IMG/VR virus record: IMGVR_UViG_3300020558_000217 | Span: 1-64,000 of that record | Source: a virus | Length of the DNA stretch: 64,000 bases | Direction: 5' to 3' (one strand) | Shown: in pieces, positions 28,971 through 40,643 of the stretch | Layout of the letters: every line of letters starts with the position of its first letter | Numbering within the stretch: the stretch's first letter is position 1 | Notes under the pieces: model-generated | Told to the model about the DNA's origin: nothing | Seen by the model: only the letters and a program-made list of their open reading frames with translations | The model's database searches: none | Translations under genes and position numbers: made by a program

Positions 28971-29408
28971 GTGGACTGTTATATCTGCGATATTGATGGA
29001 ACTATAGCTAACACAGAGCATCGTATTCACTATATCACCAATGGCCATAAGGATTGGGATAAGTGGCATGCGAATGCGCACAAGGATGAGCCTATCGAGG
29101 AGGTAGTTAGCATTCTTGATATGGCCTCTGCCGCTGGTATTAAGATTGTTCTGTGTACTGCTCGTGACGAGAAGTGTCGGCCAGAGACTATCGAATGGCT
29201 AAACGCCAATGATATTCCTTATGATGCTCTCTATATGCGTAAGCTAGGCGATCGCCGTAATGACGATATCGTTAAGTTCGAATTACTCGAGCAGATCTAC
29301 GAAGCGGGATATAAACCTATCCTCGTATTAGAAGATCGCGATCGCGTAGTTAAGATGTGGCGAGCCGCTGGGCTTCGTTGTCTACAGGTTGCTCCGGGCG
29401 ATTTTTAA
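28971..29408 (+). CDS. HAD phosphatase resembling the PNKP 3'-phosphatase domain
   Basis: DIDGTIA, TAR, LYMR..GDRR.D..VK, EDR..VV.MWR..GL.C.QVA.GDF. Confidence 0.85.
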   Translation: MDCYICDIDGTIANTEHRIHYITNGHKDWDKWHANAHKDEPIEEVVSILDMASAAGIKIVLCTARDEKCRPETIEWLNANDIPYDALYMRKLGDRRNDDIVKFELLEQIYEAGYKPILVLEDRDRVVKMWRAAGLRCLQVAPGDF

Positions 29409-29461
29409 TTTGTCGCCCGGACATTTTCATAGTATAATGTATTCTTATTCGGGAGTCAACC

Positions 29462-29839
29462 ATGCGTCTTACTGTTCGAATCAAGGATCCTCGTTGGGAC
29501 GCCAGAGATAGATATGCTGCTGGCGTAGTCAAAGAGTATACAGATTATACTGGCGATGTCGTTCCTAGATTTCCCTGGCTGGACGACAATTGGTTTGTTA
29601 TGACTACAGGAGATAAAGATGCCCCATTTAGAATACTACATAAAGATAATATTATTTGTGGCTGGCTGGGTATTACTAGTCGCTCTAATGACACCAGTAA
29701 TACAATGGTCGTTATTCCTAGGGGTGACAAATCCTATACTGTCACTCTTTGCGATGATGGTAGCCTCGCTTGTAATTGTACTGGATACGGTTATCGTAAT
29801 ACTTGCTCTCATGTCAGAGAAGTAGAGGAGGCTGCATAA
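29462..29839 (+). CDS. SWIM zinc-finger protein
   Basis: CNCTGYGYRNTCSH. Confidence 0.75.
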   Translation: MRLTVRIKDPRWDARDRYAAGVVKEYTDYTGDVVPRFPWLDDNWFVMTTGDKDAPFRILHKDNIICGWLGITSRSNDTSNTMVVIPRGDKSYTVTLCDDGSLACNCTGYGYRNTCSHVREVEEAA

Positions 29840-30436
29840 TGAGCCTTAAATTAGACGCCATTGCTTATCGTAACAGAGCTGACTATCGTTTGCGTAGGCT
29901 AGAACAGATTATATTAATTCTTGATAAATCAACAAGAGGATGTAACATTCTTCTTAAGGATAAAGAAAAGTATAGAGATAATCTAGACGAAATTAGAACA
30001 GAGATATATAATATTGAGCATGGGCTCGATAAGGGAGATAACAATGAATAAGACACCAACAGCTGCTACATATTGGCAGATTGTAGATTCAAAAACCAAT
30101 GGCCTAGTAATGGAATGTAAGACAAAGGAACAGGCTCAGCAAGAACTAAAGTTATTCTGGGCCGATGGTAAGAAGTCATATATTATTGTAGAACACATTA
30201 GGTAATAAATGCCAGCTAGAATCACTAAGACGTCACCATTCACAGATAGATTACATACAATGGAGTTTGACCTATACGATCAAGATGAGTTTGAGTTACG
30301 TCTATTGGCTTGGCGTCGAGGGGATAAACTGATACAGGAGGCGTTCCCAGAACTATCTAGCGACGCCAGAGAGTTTATTAAAACTGGAGTTACGCCAGCA
30401 GAGTGGGACAAATATATGGGAGGGGATGATGACTAA
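29839..30436 (+). CDS. Three small hypothetical proteins
   Basis: Consecutive ORFs; the last has IQEAFPELS...REFIKTG.T..EW. Confidence 0.55.
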
Positions 30437-30520
30437 GTTAGTAGGCGTGATCGTTGGCGTCGCAGCGACCATTATAGTCTCTGAGATGGTATATCATATG
30501 ATTAGAGTATTCCTAATGGC

Positions 30521-31415
30521 ATGACCTACCCGCTGACCAACTTAATGACCAGCGGGTTGACCAACTTGAATACCTATTAGGGGGAAGTAGTTTATTCTAC
30601 TTCCTCTTTTTGTTCATAGTAGCTATCGATATGACCACCAACTCGGTCGTCTTCGGCGAGATAGAATACATAGTCACCCATCTCGTGGCGGTATTCTTTA
30701 TATACATACTCAAACCCGCCATAATACTGCATATTACGATCGTAGCTTTTCTTAACTGCAATTGCGCTACGATTGATAAAGATCGGAGCATAAGATGCTC
30801 TAGGATCAAGACCAATCTTAGTTTCGTTTAGAAATACCTCTTCCATATTTTCATTTACATAGTTCTGAACCTGTTCCGAGATATCTTCGATAAAGTATTG
30901 AATGTCCATGACCTATCTCCTGACCTACTTTGTGATGTAACGGTAATACTCTAACACATGAGCCACGTGATAGTTATAGTATAGTTCTTGTTCGGCGGCT
31001 ATTACGCCTAGCAGTTCCAGGGTACGCCTACTACTTGGCGTGATTTTAATTATCACGACCTATCTCCTGACCTATCGAGTGACCAACTAGGCGACCAACG
31101 CCGATACCGCCGCGACAACCCATTTCTTATTACCGCCGATATGCCAATCATAATCGTCGGTCGGCGTCGTTCCCGTCTTATAGTTATAAATGGTAGCTAC
31201 TTCACCGTTTGCGAACTTAATAATCCACTCGGAATTAACTTTACCATCGCCGGAGCCATTAATCGGCTGACCAAACACTTCAACTAGGCGAGCGTAATTA
31301 GTATTAACATACCCCATAAGAGCAGTCATAGCAGAATCACGGTAGTTATTAGTAACACGGTAGTTTTTCATGACCTATCTCCTGACCTAGCGTCTGACCT
31401 ATCGAGCGACCAACT
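30521..31415. repeat. Four clusters of 12-bp-periodic (T/C)GACC(T/A)A repeats
   Basis: GACC at 30523/35/47/59; 30910/22; 31057/69/81/93; 31372/84/96/31408. Confidence 0.85.
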
Positions 31416-32136
31416 TAGTAATCACAGACCAGTTTACCTTCCGTATCAATAAAGATATAGACGTAATCCGTCAGAAGATCGCCATCTTCTTTGGATTTGA
31501 CCATATAACGGACCTCACCATTAATAGTAGATTCATATTTCACAGCGTAGATATCTTTGCTAGTTTCATTATACCCGCGATCTTCTAGCATAGCAACTAT
31601 ATTATCACGAGTAAATTTCGTGCAGTCGATATGATAGCGCATTAGTAGAGTTCCTCGGTGATATCAGCAATTTCTGCCGCCCGATCAACATTAAACGGAC
31701 GCCCACGACGAATTAATTCCGCCTCGCTTTCCTTAGTTTCATTTACAACTACCGGACCGGAATAACCCCAATTCCAGTAGATCAGATAATGAAGTTGATC
31801 GTCCGAGAATTCAGAAAGACCAACACTATTATCGTTCTCGTATTTGTTAGCGAGAACTTCAGTGGCGTCGAGCCATTCTTTATTGATCGTATCCATTATT
31901 ATTCTCCTTTATTAGGCGAGGCGATTAAGGTTATACATACGCCCACCGAATTCGTCCTCGCCGTGAGAGATAGTAATATTCTCGCCGTCAATAATAATAG
32001 CGAATTCGCCGTTATAACCGATAAGCGGATTTTCGCTTTCGCAACCAGCCCAGGTCTGGCGCTCAACGGCGTCTAGCGGCTTAAACTCGGTCTTAGCGAT
32101 AAGAGAGAACAGTTCAGCTTGAGTCGGGTAGTTCAT
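30592..32136 (-). CDS. Minus-strand operon of six small hypothetical genes (30592-30909, 30925-31056, 31087-31371, 31415-31642, 31642-31896, 31912-32136)
   Basis: Most have AGGAG RBS; promoter near 32170-32197. Confidence 0.65.
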
Positions 32137-32340
32137 AGTTTTCTCCTTAGTTTCAACCTTATATTCTTATATTACCCTAAACCTAGAAAAAAGCAAGCGG
32201 TATCTGAGCCATACGGGCACTTTTTTTTTAAAAAAAATTGGTTTACTTTCGAACGTAAACTTGATCGCTACAGCCCAGATACCGCTTGCCTTTTTTCTCG
32301 AAACGGGTATACTAAAAACTATAAACTGAAAGGAACTAAA

Positions 32341-33043
32341 ATGGCTCTAATTAATATCAAAGGGGATACGTATATCAACACGGATTATATTGTATTAATA
32401 ACCCCTGTTGAACATAACCAAACGAGTAACGTATATTATTATAAAATCCTAATTGATCACCAATTCGAGGAAGTATATATTCCTTTTTCGACTAAAGACG
32501 AGGCAATAACTGATAAACATCGCCTGATTAATCTTATGGCAGGAGAGAAATAAAATGGATAGAATTACACTTATTCCGTGTGAAAAGGCTGAAGCGGTTA
32601 GAGACGCCTATACTAAAATTATGAAAGACTCCGGGTATCATATTATGAAGGTAAAAGAATAATGACCTACGTTCTAATCGCTCTTTTATATTATAAGGCG
32701 GCAATTACGGCGGAGTTTAATTCGCTAGACAAATGTAAGGCGGCTGGTGAAGCCCTTATTCGTGTATACCCGGATAAGTATCACCAGTCTATGATTCATT
32801 ACGTTTGTGTGGAGAAATAAAATGACTATAATATGGAAAGCCGAATTAGATAACAAATATGATTGTAAGGTAGTTAGAATAAGAGATTACGTCGGTCTAT
32901 TAACCGTAATTGATATTGATACTAAAGAAAAAATAATAGACGAGGAGGTTGATCTAACCTATAACGCTATAGTTGGCGCTGATATAATGGATATTAGTCT
33001 CTGGGAAGAGAAAATATTAAGCGTAATTGATGGGGGTTTTTAA
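32341..33043 (+). CDS. Small early hypothetical genes (32341-32553, short ORFs, 32822-33043)
   Basis: Downstream of the promoter at 32286, with RBSs. Confidence 0.5.
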
Positions 33044-33194
33044 TCCCGTTTTAGAAATCGATGCGTTATTCGGTCCGAGTAATCTCGTTAATGCGAGTTA
33101 ATGTGTGCTGATGCTCGTTGGTGTGTGTCGGTGTTGAACTTTATTATCAACCACACAACATCAGCAATTCTTAGTGAATTACTTTATTAATTAA

Positions 33195-33401
33195 TTACCT
33201 CCGAATTCTATTATATCGGGGGCAATTTTTATAATAGTTTAAAGGTTTATTATTATAAATTTCTAATTCGGTCGCTAAAACGGGGATCATCATTTCATTT
33301 TCTCCGTGATATATTAAACCTATCGGGCCGAATTTATTAACCCATGAATTAATAAAAGCCCAATTATTTGAACCTTTAAAGGGGAAATAAATCGCTTTCA
33401 T
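33195..33401 (-). CDS. Hypothetical protein (MKAIYFPF...)
   Basis: AGGAG RBS and minus-strand promoter near 33430-33455. Confidence 0.5.
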   Translation of the reverse strand: MKAIYFPFKGSNNWAFINSWVNKFGPIGLIYHGENEMMIPVLATELEIYNNKPLNYYKNCPRYNRIRR

Positions 33402-34344
33402 GGAGTTCTCCTTCAGTTTAGACCTTATATTACCCCAAAGGCAATAAAAAGTCAATAGAAATATTTGATCGTTACAGCACAGTTTCCGCTTGACTTTTTC
33501 TTCGGGATCAGGTATAGTATTAGGGAAGGCGGGAGGGAGGAGGCCACCAGCAGTTTACGTAAACGAAAAAAAGATCAGTTTACTATTACTTTTCGCTTGA
33601 CGAATTCTCAGAGAGTGGGTATAATCATATATGTAAGGTTGAAATAAAGGATTCGAAGATGACTGTAGCTGAACTGATCGCTAAACTCCAAACTCTCCCC
33701 CAGGACTACGAAGTCGAAATGGGTATGAACCAGGAGTATCAGGAAGCGGTTACTGAGGATATGGTTGTTATAGAGGAATATCGTGGTCGTCGATATGTTA
33801 TTATTGATGACTGTGCTCGTTACAGAGGAGAATAATATGAGACTCAATAGACTTGACACTGATACGCTGGTCCAATTGACTGCTCTGGGTATTGTGACGT
33901 TTGGATTAGCATTAGGGCTGGCACTGATTGCTTATCTCGATGGAGGAATGTGATATGGTAGTATATGTTAATCATCTGATGATATACGCTGATCTCGGTG
34001 TGTTTGGTCATGTTGTGGCATATGCTGCTAATAGTGATCATCAATCTTATTGGGTTGTTCCTGGAACGTTGGAGGATTGATATGATTAAGACGTATGATC
34101 TCTATCTTTATTTCAACGGGTATTCGAAAGAGTATCATAATATATCTCGCGTGGCAGTCAAGTACTATATTGACTGGTATAAAGAGAGTGCTGCATTCTT
34201 CGGGTATGACGTGCAGGATCATGAATCGTTGGTAAGTAACTGAAAACACTAGGTAAAGTCATTTTTCTTCAGAAATTTGACTTTAGGGGCTTGACGAATA
34301 TCGAAATCCGAGGTATACTGGTAATATAGTGAGACAGGAGATAG

Positions 34345-34842
34345 ATGATGGCTACGAAGACTGAAATCGTGATTCGCATTATGAAGGATAACCAGGGCAA
34401 GGCGATGGCCGATGTCCTCCCGTTGCTGATGGCTGAGTTCGGCTGGACTGAGAAGAACGCTCGTGCAGCGTATGCTCTCCGTGTTAAGGCTGATCCTTCG
34501 CTCGGCACTGTCCAGAAGGCTGCTCGTGCTGCTGCTCCGGCCAAGGCTGCTAAGGGACCGAAGCTGGTTAAGGTGCCGAAGCCCAAGGTGCAGGGCGATA
34601 AGCCGAAGGTTACTGACAAGACTGTCGAGGAACTGCAGGATATCCGTAACAAGAATCTTGCTCGTCTCAAGGCTGTCGGTCGTAAGTATATGAAGGGACA
34701 GTATGCCGAGCCGGAAGCAGCTGGTGTTCCGAACTTCGATGCGGATGAAGCTCGCCAGTATGTCGAGGATGTCACGAATGATCTCGAGTCCTTCAAGTCT
34801 CCTCGCTTTCTGAATATGGACCAGGTTAAGGCCCTGGTCTAA
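34345..34842 (+). CDS. Lys/Ala-rich early protein, possibly nucleic-acid binding
   Basis: Own promoter and RBS; KAARAAAPAKAAKGPK linker; GC-richer codons. Confidence 0.6.
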   Translation: MMATKTEIVIRIMKDNQGKAMADVLPLLMAEFGWTEKNARAAYALRVKADPSLGTVQKAARAAAPAKAAKGPKLVKVPKPKVQGDKPKVTDKTVEELQDIRNKNLARLKAVGRKYMKGQYAEPEAAGVPNFDADEARQYVEDVTNDLESFKSPRFLNMDQVKALV

Positions 34843-35117
34843 TCTCTCCGAGTGCTGGCCCTTGATCCAGTGGCTCAGAGTTGGGTGGATTGTCAGTGAC
34901 TGGGTCGACGAGAGCCGACGATCCACCCATTATACTCTATTTTTAAAAAAAGTCAATATTTAAGTCGTTTACGTTCGTCCATCGTTGTCTCCGCGGAGCT
35001 CCAGGTGGCGTTTACGTAAACGACATTTTTTTAAAATATTTGGCGTTACAGCACAGATATCGCTTGCCTTTTCCCGAGAATAGGGTATACTGGTAATATG
35101 GTGATGGAGGATTAATC

Positions 35118-38100
35118 ATGGAAGTCTACGTTCTGCTCGGACACATCGAATATGAAGATACGATGCTCCTGGGCGTTTATCACACGCAAGAGGATGCTGA
35201 GTTTCACAAGGAAGTGTATATCAACAAACAGGGTATACTCGCATTCGATAGCTACTCGATCGAAAGTCGAGTGATCGGTGCTCGTGCCTTTGGTGAATAT
35301 GATCAGGAGGCTGTATAATGTATAATATCCCAGTTCACATCATTGCCCAGATCAACAACTGGGCTGAGCATCAGCTGATTTGGCACGGTGTTTGTGTGTG
35401 GTTATATTCCGATCTTATCTCTAATGCGGAGAACCGTTAATGGCTCAGGACAAGTTTCGTAAGATCATAACTGGATCTAAAGCATACGTAGCCCGTGTCG
35501 CGAAAGAGTGGCAGTTCTATGGCTATGTTGTAGTTAAGTCCAAGCTGTGGAGCGATGGTAAGTATACTATCGTCATGGAGAAGCGGCCCGAGTCAGTTTT
35601 TTAAAAATATCGCTTGCCTTTTTTCCGGATCCGGGGTATACTGAGAATAGTTGATAACGCTAGTCGCTGGAGAACTGAGATGGCTGACTTCGACTTTGCT
35701 GTATTTACCCGTGAGACCGAAATCATATGGCTTGGACATATCCTGTGGGAGCACTACCTATGACAGCGATCGCGACTGAGGACCAAATCGAACGTATCGT
35801 CGAACGTCAAATGGACAAACTCGACCTACAGTATACCAAGGGTATGCTGACCAACGACGAGTATAACCAAGAGGTGCTTGAGCTTGACCGTTGGGCGAGA
35901 GATCAACATCGACTATCTCGAGCTCGGCAGTATAGAGAATGGTAGCCCATGTGAATCACTATTCTCTCTGGAGAGCTCTCATGCACTCTCAGAAAAATAA
36001 TATCGCCACCGAGAAGATTTTGCTTGACATTGGGCGCTTTTGGTGGTATGATGGATACGATGGGTTTCAAACGGATCACTAGGAGATGAAGATGGAATAT
36101 ATGGCTCTGTTCGTGCTTGGTATTGCCTATGGATTTTGGATCCAGTTGTATGTGGATGTGATTCGGTATCGTCGAAAGATGTTTTCACGTAAGTAGGAAG
36201 ACATCGAAAAAACGGTCGCACCTTTAGAAAAATCGGGTTTTTGTGGGCGGGGGACCCTAAGCGTTGCATTTATTCCACACACAACCACACGCCTTAAAGT
36301 TCGTCCATAGACTCTCTAAAGGTCACGATGACTTCTAAAAAAATCCGCAACAAAATTTTCACACTTTTAAAGTTCGAGGATAACATGTCAGTAATCAAGT
36401 GTAAAGTTACTCAGCCATATATTGAACGTTCTCTGTCTGGCGATTTCACATGGCATGTGTATAATGAAAAGACAGGGCATATCGTGGCCTCTACCTATAA
36501 TGAGGAAATGGCGGGAACCATTCTCTTTGCTATAATAGAATCTGGTTATTATAAAGATGAATATGCAATTACCGAATCATGGAAATCACCGGAGCCATTG
36601 GTATGATTGATTTTCTCTGGACCTATGTCTTATGGCCACTGGGTCTCCTGTTGGTTGCGCTTTTGTTCGCTTCGGTGTTCTTTGGTAAAAATGACGATGA
36701 TAGGAATGTGGGGTAATTATGACCAACGAAGAACTTGTGGAACGTCTTCGTAGTGAGACATGTTCTAAGGCTGATATAGAAGAAGCTGCTAATCGAATAG
36801 AAAAGATGAACTACTTTCTTCGACACAATGCTTTTGCCGAAAAGCAATTTGGTGTATACTTCATTTGTGGTGCAGCAGGCGAGAAAGATAAGAATGGTGT
36901 TCCTGAAGAGGTGTATATCTGTCCTGCTTATGGATCAGATGTATCATATGTGTTTACTCGTGGCGGAACATTCGCACCGGAGTGGTAAATGACTGATAAT
37001 ACAAATTCAAAACTATTCAAAGAGTTTCATAAACAATATGAACATGCGGATTTTGTAGATGAGCTCCTAAAGCATTTACGTCAAGGATTACGATATCTCG
37101 ATATGCGCCAAACTCATTATATGGACTTCCCCATGGATAAGGAAATGTATACGTTTTTGATCGATCTGATAGAAGAGAAATATGGAAATGAACATTGATA
37201 TATATTGTTAATGTATCATTGCTCGCTAGATCCAATCGTGAGTATTGGTGCTGTGAATATGTTATCACTTACATCGGCTCCGCTGATTGCCCTGCTAGTG
37301 ACTCCGAATTACGTATAGGTGAAATAGATGGTTGCTCTTAAATTTATGATCATATGCTTGGTGGCTTTGACAGTGGGTTTGTTCATTGGGTTTAATATCG
37401 AAATGTTTTCAGGTCCCACTCCATCTGAAGTTTATATGAAGGCATGTCGTGATGCTGGTGGTATTCCAGTTATCGTGGCAAGAGGATCTAATGTCTGTAT
37501 CAATCCTGGTGCTGTCATAAAGGATATGGGTAATGACTGATTATACTAAACTCAGCGATGAAGAACTTTCAGTTCAGTTTGAAATTCTCTGGGCCAGGTA
37601 TATGTATTACCAGGCTGCTGAAGGTAATTGGAATCAAGAAACAGAGGCTCGTGGTAGAGCTACTAAGCAATACTGGGAATGTTTAGCAGAATGCAAGGAA
37701 CGTGGGCTTGAGGTGTATTAGAAAATATAACATAAGCTCAATGCTTAATCCTCTGATCGCCATGCCGAAAGGAGCGAAGATACTCAAACTTGCGAATAAA
37801 AAGTCAAACCCCTTTATTTGGGCAGAGGTGGATACTTCGAAACCGATTGTAAAAAGATTAGTTCGAACTTTTGAGACTGACCAAGAATTGCCAGATGAGC
37901 CAGGTCTCTACTTGGGCACTGTGGAGGTTCTTGGTATGATCTTTCATTGTTTCGATGGTGGAGAGCGAATGTAGACCGTCTCTATATAAATACCTTGTCT
38001 TAGTATAAGGAGATAATTATGACTGTTAGTAAAAAAGAAATTGTAGAACGTATTGATGCTCTAAAGAAATGGCAAGAACTTAATTCGGAAAAAATTAATT

Positions 38101-39571
38101 CTGAACCGTTCGTTGAAGGATATAATTCTGCTGTTAACTCTGAAATTCTATTTCTTACTGAGCAATTAGGAGCTATACTAGAAGTATCTGAAGATGTGGT
38201 AGAAACGAAACGTCCTTCTAGATCGAGAAAGACTCCTACTCAATAAAAAGGATTGATTATGAGCGAAAAATTGACAAATGATGAAAGAAAAAAATACATA
38301 GACCATATTGAAACGCTTCAAGAAGAAAATGCATTCATGAAAAAGGTTCTAAAACACATTTTTCCCGAAAAATCTGATGCATACTATCTTTGCGGAGAAA
38401 AAGGTGATAAAAATGAGCTTGGGCTTCCGGAAGAAGTTGTAATTTGTCCTGCGTTTGGTAAACAAGAACTAGTTACATACAAAAGGCAAGAAGGAGAAAC
38501 CAATGGCTAAGGAAAAAAAGTATACTCAGTCGAAGGTTTTTGAGTTTAAACCCGCTGAAAACATCACCGAAGCCGAAATTATTGAATTATCCGAGCTAAT
38601 TCGCATCGGAGTAAGCGGAGAGATCCTAGATAAGGCCTCTCCAAACCTAAAAAAGCACTTTTTTGAGGTAAAAGACAAAAAAGCTGCGTAATTAGTGGAG
38701 TATTTGTAATGAAATTGATTGCTGCGATCGTTTATATGTGCATTGCTGGTGTTTGCACCGAACAGCACGTCGAAATCGAGCCCAAAGCATGCAAAATTGG
38801 CACTCTTCATGGTAAAGTAATGGGAACTGACGCCAAATTTGGTGTTCGATGCCAGGGATCATAGTCATGAGTGCTAAAATTATCCCCTTTCCTAAAACGC
38901 AAAAGCAGTTAGAAGTAGAAACTATGAAAGACTTTGTTAATAAAGCAAAGACTGTGATTGCTCAATCTATTGCTGAAGACATGAAGCGTTATGATGTCCC
39001 TAATGTTTTTGGTGTTCCGGTTGAAGATCCAAAAACTCGTGGCCAATACCAGAATATTTTAAAACAGTTTTTAGATCCTGAAGATTATATGGATATTCTT
39101 TGTGGAATTATGGACCGAGATCATTATGATGCGCTTGAGCGTCCTCTTCAAAAGATTATCGATGCATACTATTCGTTCCCAAAATGAGTGAAAGAAAAAG
39201 AGTTTTTCTAGAAACTCTGTTCATTTTTGGGTTTATAACAATTCCCTATTTGGATGCAATATATATAACACCAGGTATTAAAGAATCTGGTATTCGTATG
39301 GAAATCCAGTGCCACGATGACCCTAAAAATTGTTGGATTCAAAACAAGGACAAACGACATGCATGATTGGCAGTATACTAATCAGTTTTTTCTCGAAGGC
39401 AGAAATCATTATGATTCGGGTGGATCAATTAAAGATTGTCCATATAACTATTTAATAGTAGATCAGAGTAACGAAAAACTCGTGCAGTCTGAACATTATC
39501 GAGAAAGAGAGTGGTATGCTGGGTTCCATCAAGCATTTTTAGATTCTCTCGAAGCCAAAAAAATCGCTTGA
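35118..39571 (+). CDS. Array of many small early hypothetical genes
   Basis: Densely packed 40-110 aa ORFs with RBSs on the plus strand. Confidence 0.55.
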
Positions 39572-39630
39572 CTTTTTAAAAATACCGAGCTATACTATGT
39601 TTATGATGGTTGATGTGAAGGAGATGTGTT

Positions 39631-40608
39631 ATGGCTCACGAAATTGAATTTGTTGATGGTATCGCTCAAATGGCATATGCTGGGGCTGTTCCTTGGCATG
39701 GTCTAGGCGTAAAGGTTCCGGCTGATCTTACGCCGGAACAGATGCTCGAGGCTGCTGGTTTGGACTGGGTGGTGCAGAAGTTTCCGACTTTTGCTATTCT
39801 CGACGAAAATGATCCGGATAGCGTAATCGAGACAAAGCAGTCTGCTCTTGTTCGTATGAAGGATAAGAAGCTGCTCGATGTCGTCTCTGACGATTGGAAC
39901 CCTGTTCAGAACGCCGAGGCTTTCGACTTCTTCAACGAATTCGTTATGGCTGGCGATATGGAGATGCATACTGCTGGCTCTCTGAAGGGCGGACAGATCG
40001 TTTGGGGTCTTGCCAAGGTTAAGGAGTCATTTGAACTCTTTAAGGGCGATCAGATCGATTCCTATCTTCTGTTCTCTAATTTCCATAAGTATGGGTTTTC
40101 TACAGACGTTCGGTTCACTCCGATCCGTGTAGTTTGTAATAATACTCTTACCTTGTCTCTCAGCTCGTCGGTAGAACGGATGGCTAAGATTTCTCACCGT
40201 AAGCAGTTTAATCCTGCTAACGTAAAGGATATGCTTGGTATTGCTACCGATAAGCTGCAGAAGTATAAGGAGATGGCTCAGTTTCTTGGGTCTAAGAAGG
40301 CTAAGACCGAGTCAATTGTCGAATACTTTGAGCGTATCTTTCCGCTTGCTGGTGCGACTACCGAAGATAAGGCAGAAGGTAAGCGTTCGAAGAATGCCAA
40401 TATTGCTCTTGGTATTCTTGATACGCAGCCTGGTAGCGAGTATGCTCAGGGAAGCTGGTGGCAGCCGTTTAATGCTGTTACTTTTATGACCGATCATGTT
40501 CTCGGTCGTTCAGCTGACACTCGTCTCCAGTCTGCTTGGTATGGTTACAACAAGGGTCTAAAGACAAAGGCTCTTGAACTCGCTGTTGAGATGGCCGAAG
40601 CCGCTTGA
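39631..40608 (+). CDS. DUF932 family protein
   Basis: MAHEIE...PWHGLG, AGLDW.V, VQNAEAFDFF, TAGSLKGG, TPIRVVCNNTL. Confidence 0.85.
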   Translation: MAHEIEFVDGIAQMAYAGAVPWHGLGVKVPADLTPEQMLEAAGLDWVVQKFPTFAILDENDPDSVIETKQSALVRMKDKKLLDVVSDDWNPVQNAEAFDFFNEFVMAGDMEMHTAGSLKGGQIVWGLAKVKESFELFKGDQIDSYLLFSNFHKYGFSTDVRFTPIRVVCNNTLTLSLSSSVERMAKISHRKQFNPANVKDMLGIATDKLQKYKEMAQFLGSKKAKTESIVEYFERIFPLAGATTEDKAEGKRSKNANIALGILDTQPGSEYAQGSWWQPFNAVTFMTDHVLGRSADTRLQSAWYGYNKGLKTKALELAVEMAEAA

Positions 40609-40643
40609 CTTTTAATAAAAACTAAGTTATAATTCTATATAAC

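Larger units (their letters stand above)
27536..40633. promoter_or_regulatory. Family of sigma70-like early promoters CTTG(A/C)CT-N16/17-(GG)TATACT
   Basis: Plus-strand -35 boxes at 27536, 28066, 32286, 33490, 33597, 34291, 35064, 35614, 36024, 39568, 40605; minus-strand copies near 27480, 32197, 33455, 34957. Confidence 0.75.

Noticed and set aside
30521-31415. CRISPR array
   Set aside because: Repeat units are about 7 bp with a 12-bp period and are separated by genes; no 25-40 bp repeats with unique spacers and no cas genes
34249-34926. 225-aa minus-strand ORF
   Set aside because: Antisense to 34345 with no RBS and shadow-like composition; the upstream promoter is better explained by an RNA element
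36240-36300. Pistol ribozyme (CCCTAAGCGTTG)
   Set aside because: The required upstream P1 hairpin with a complementary TTAGGG loop is absent
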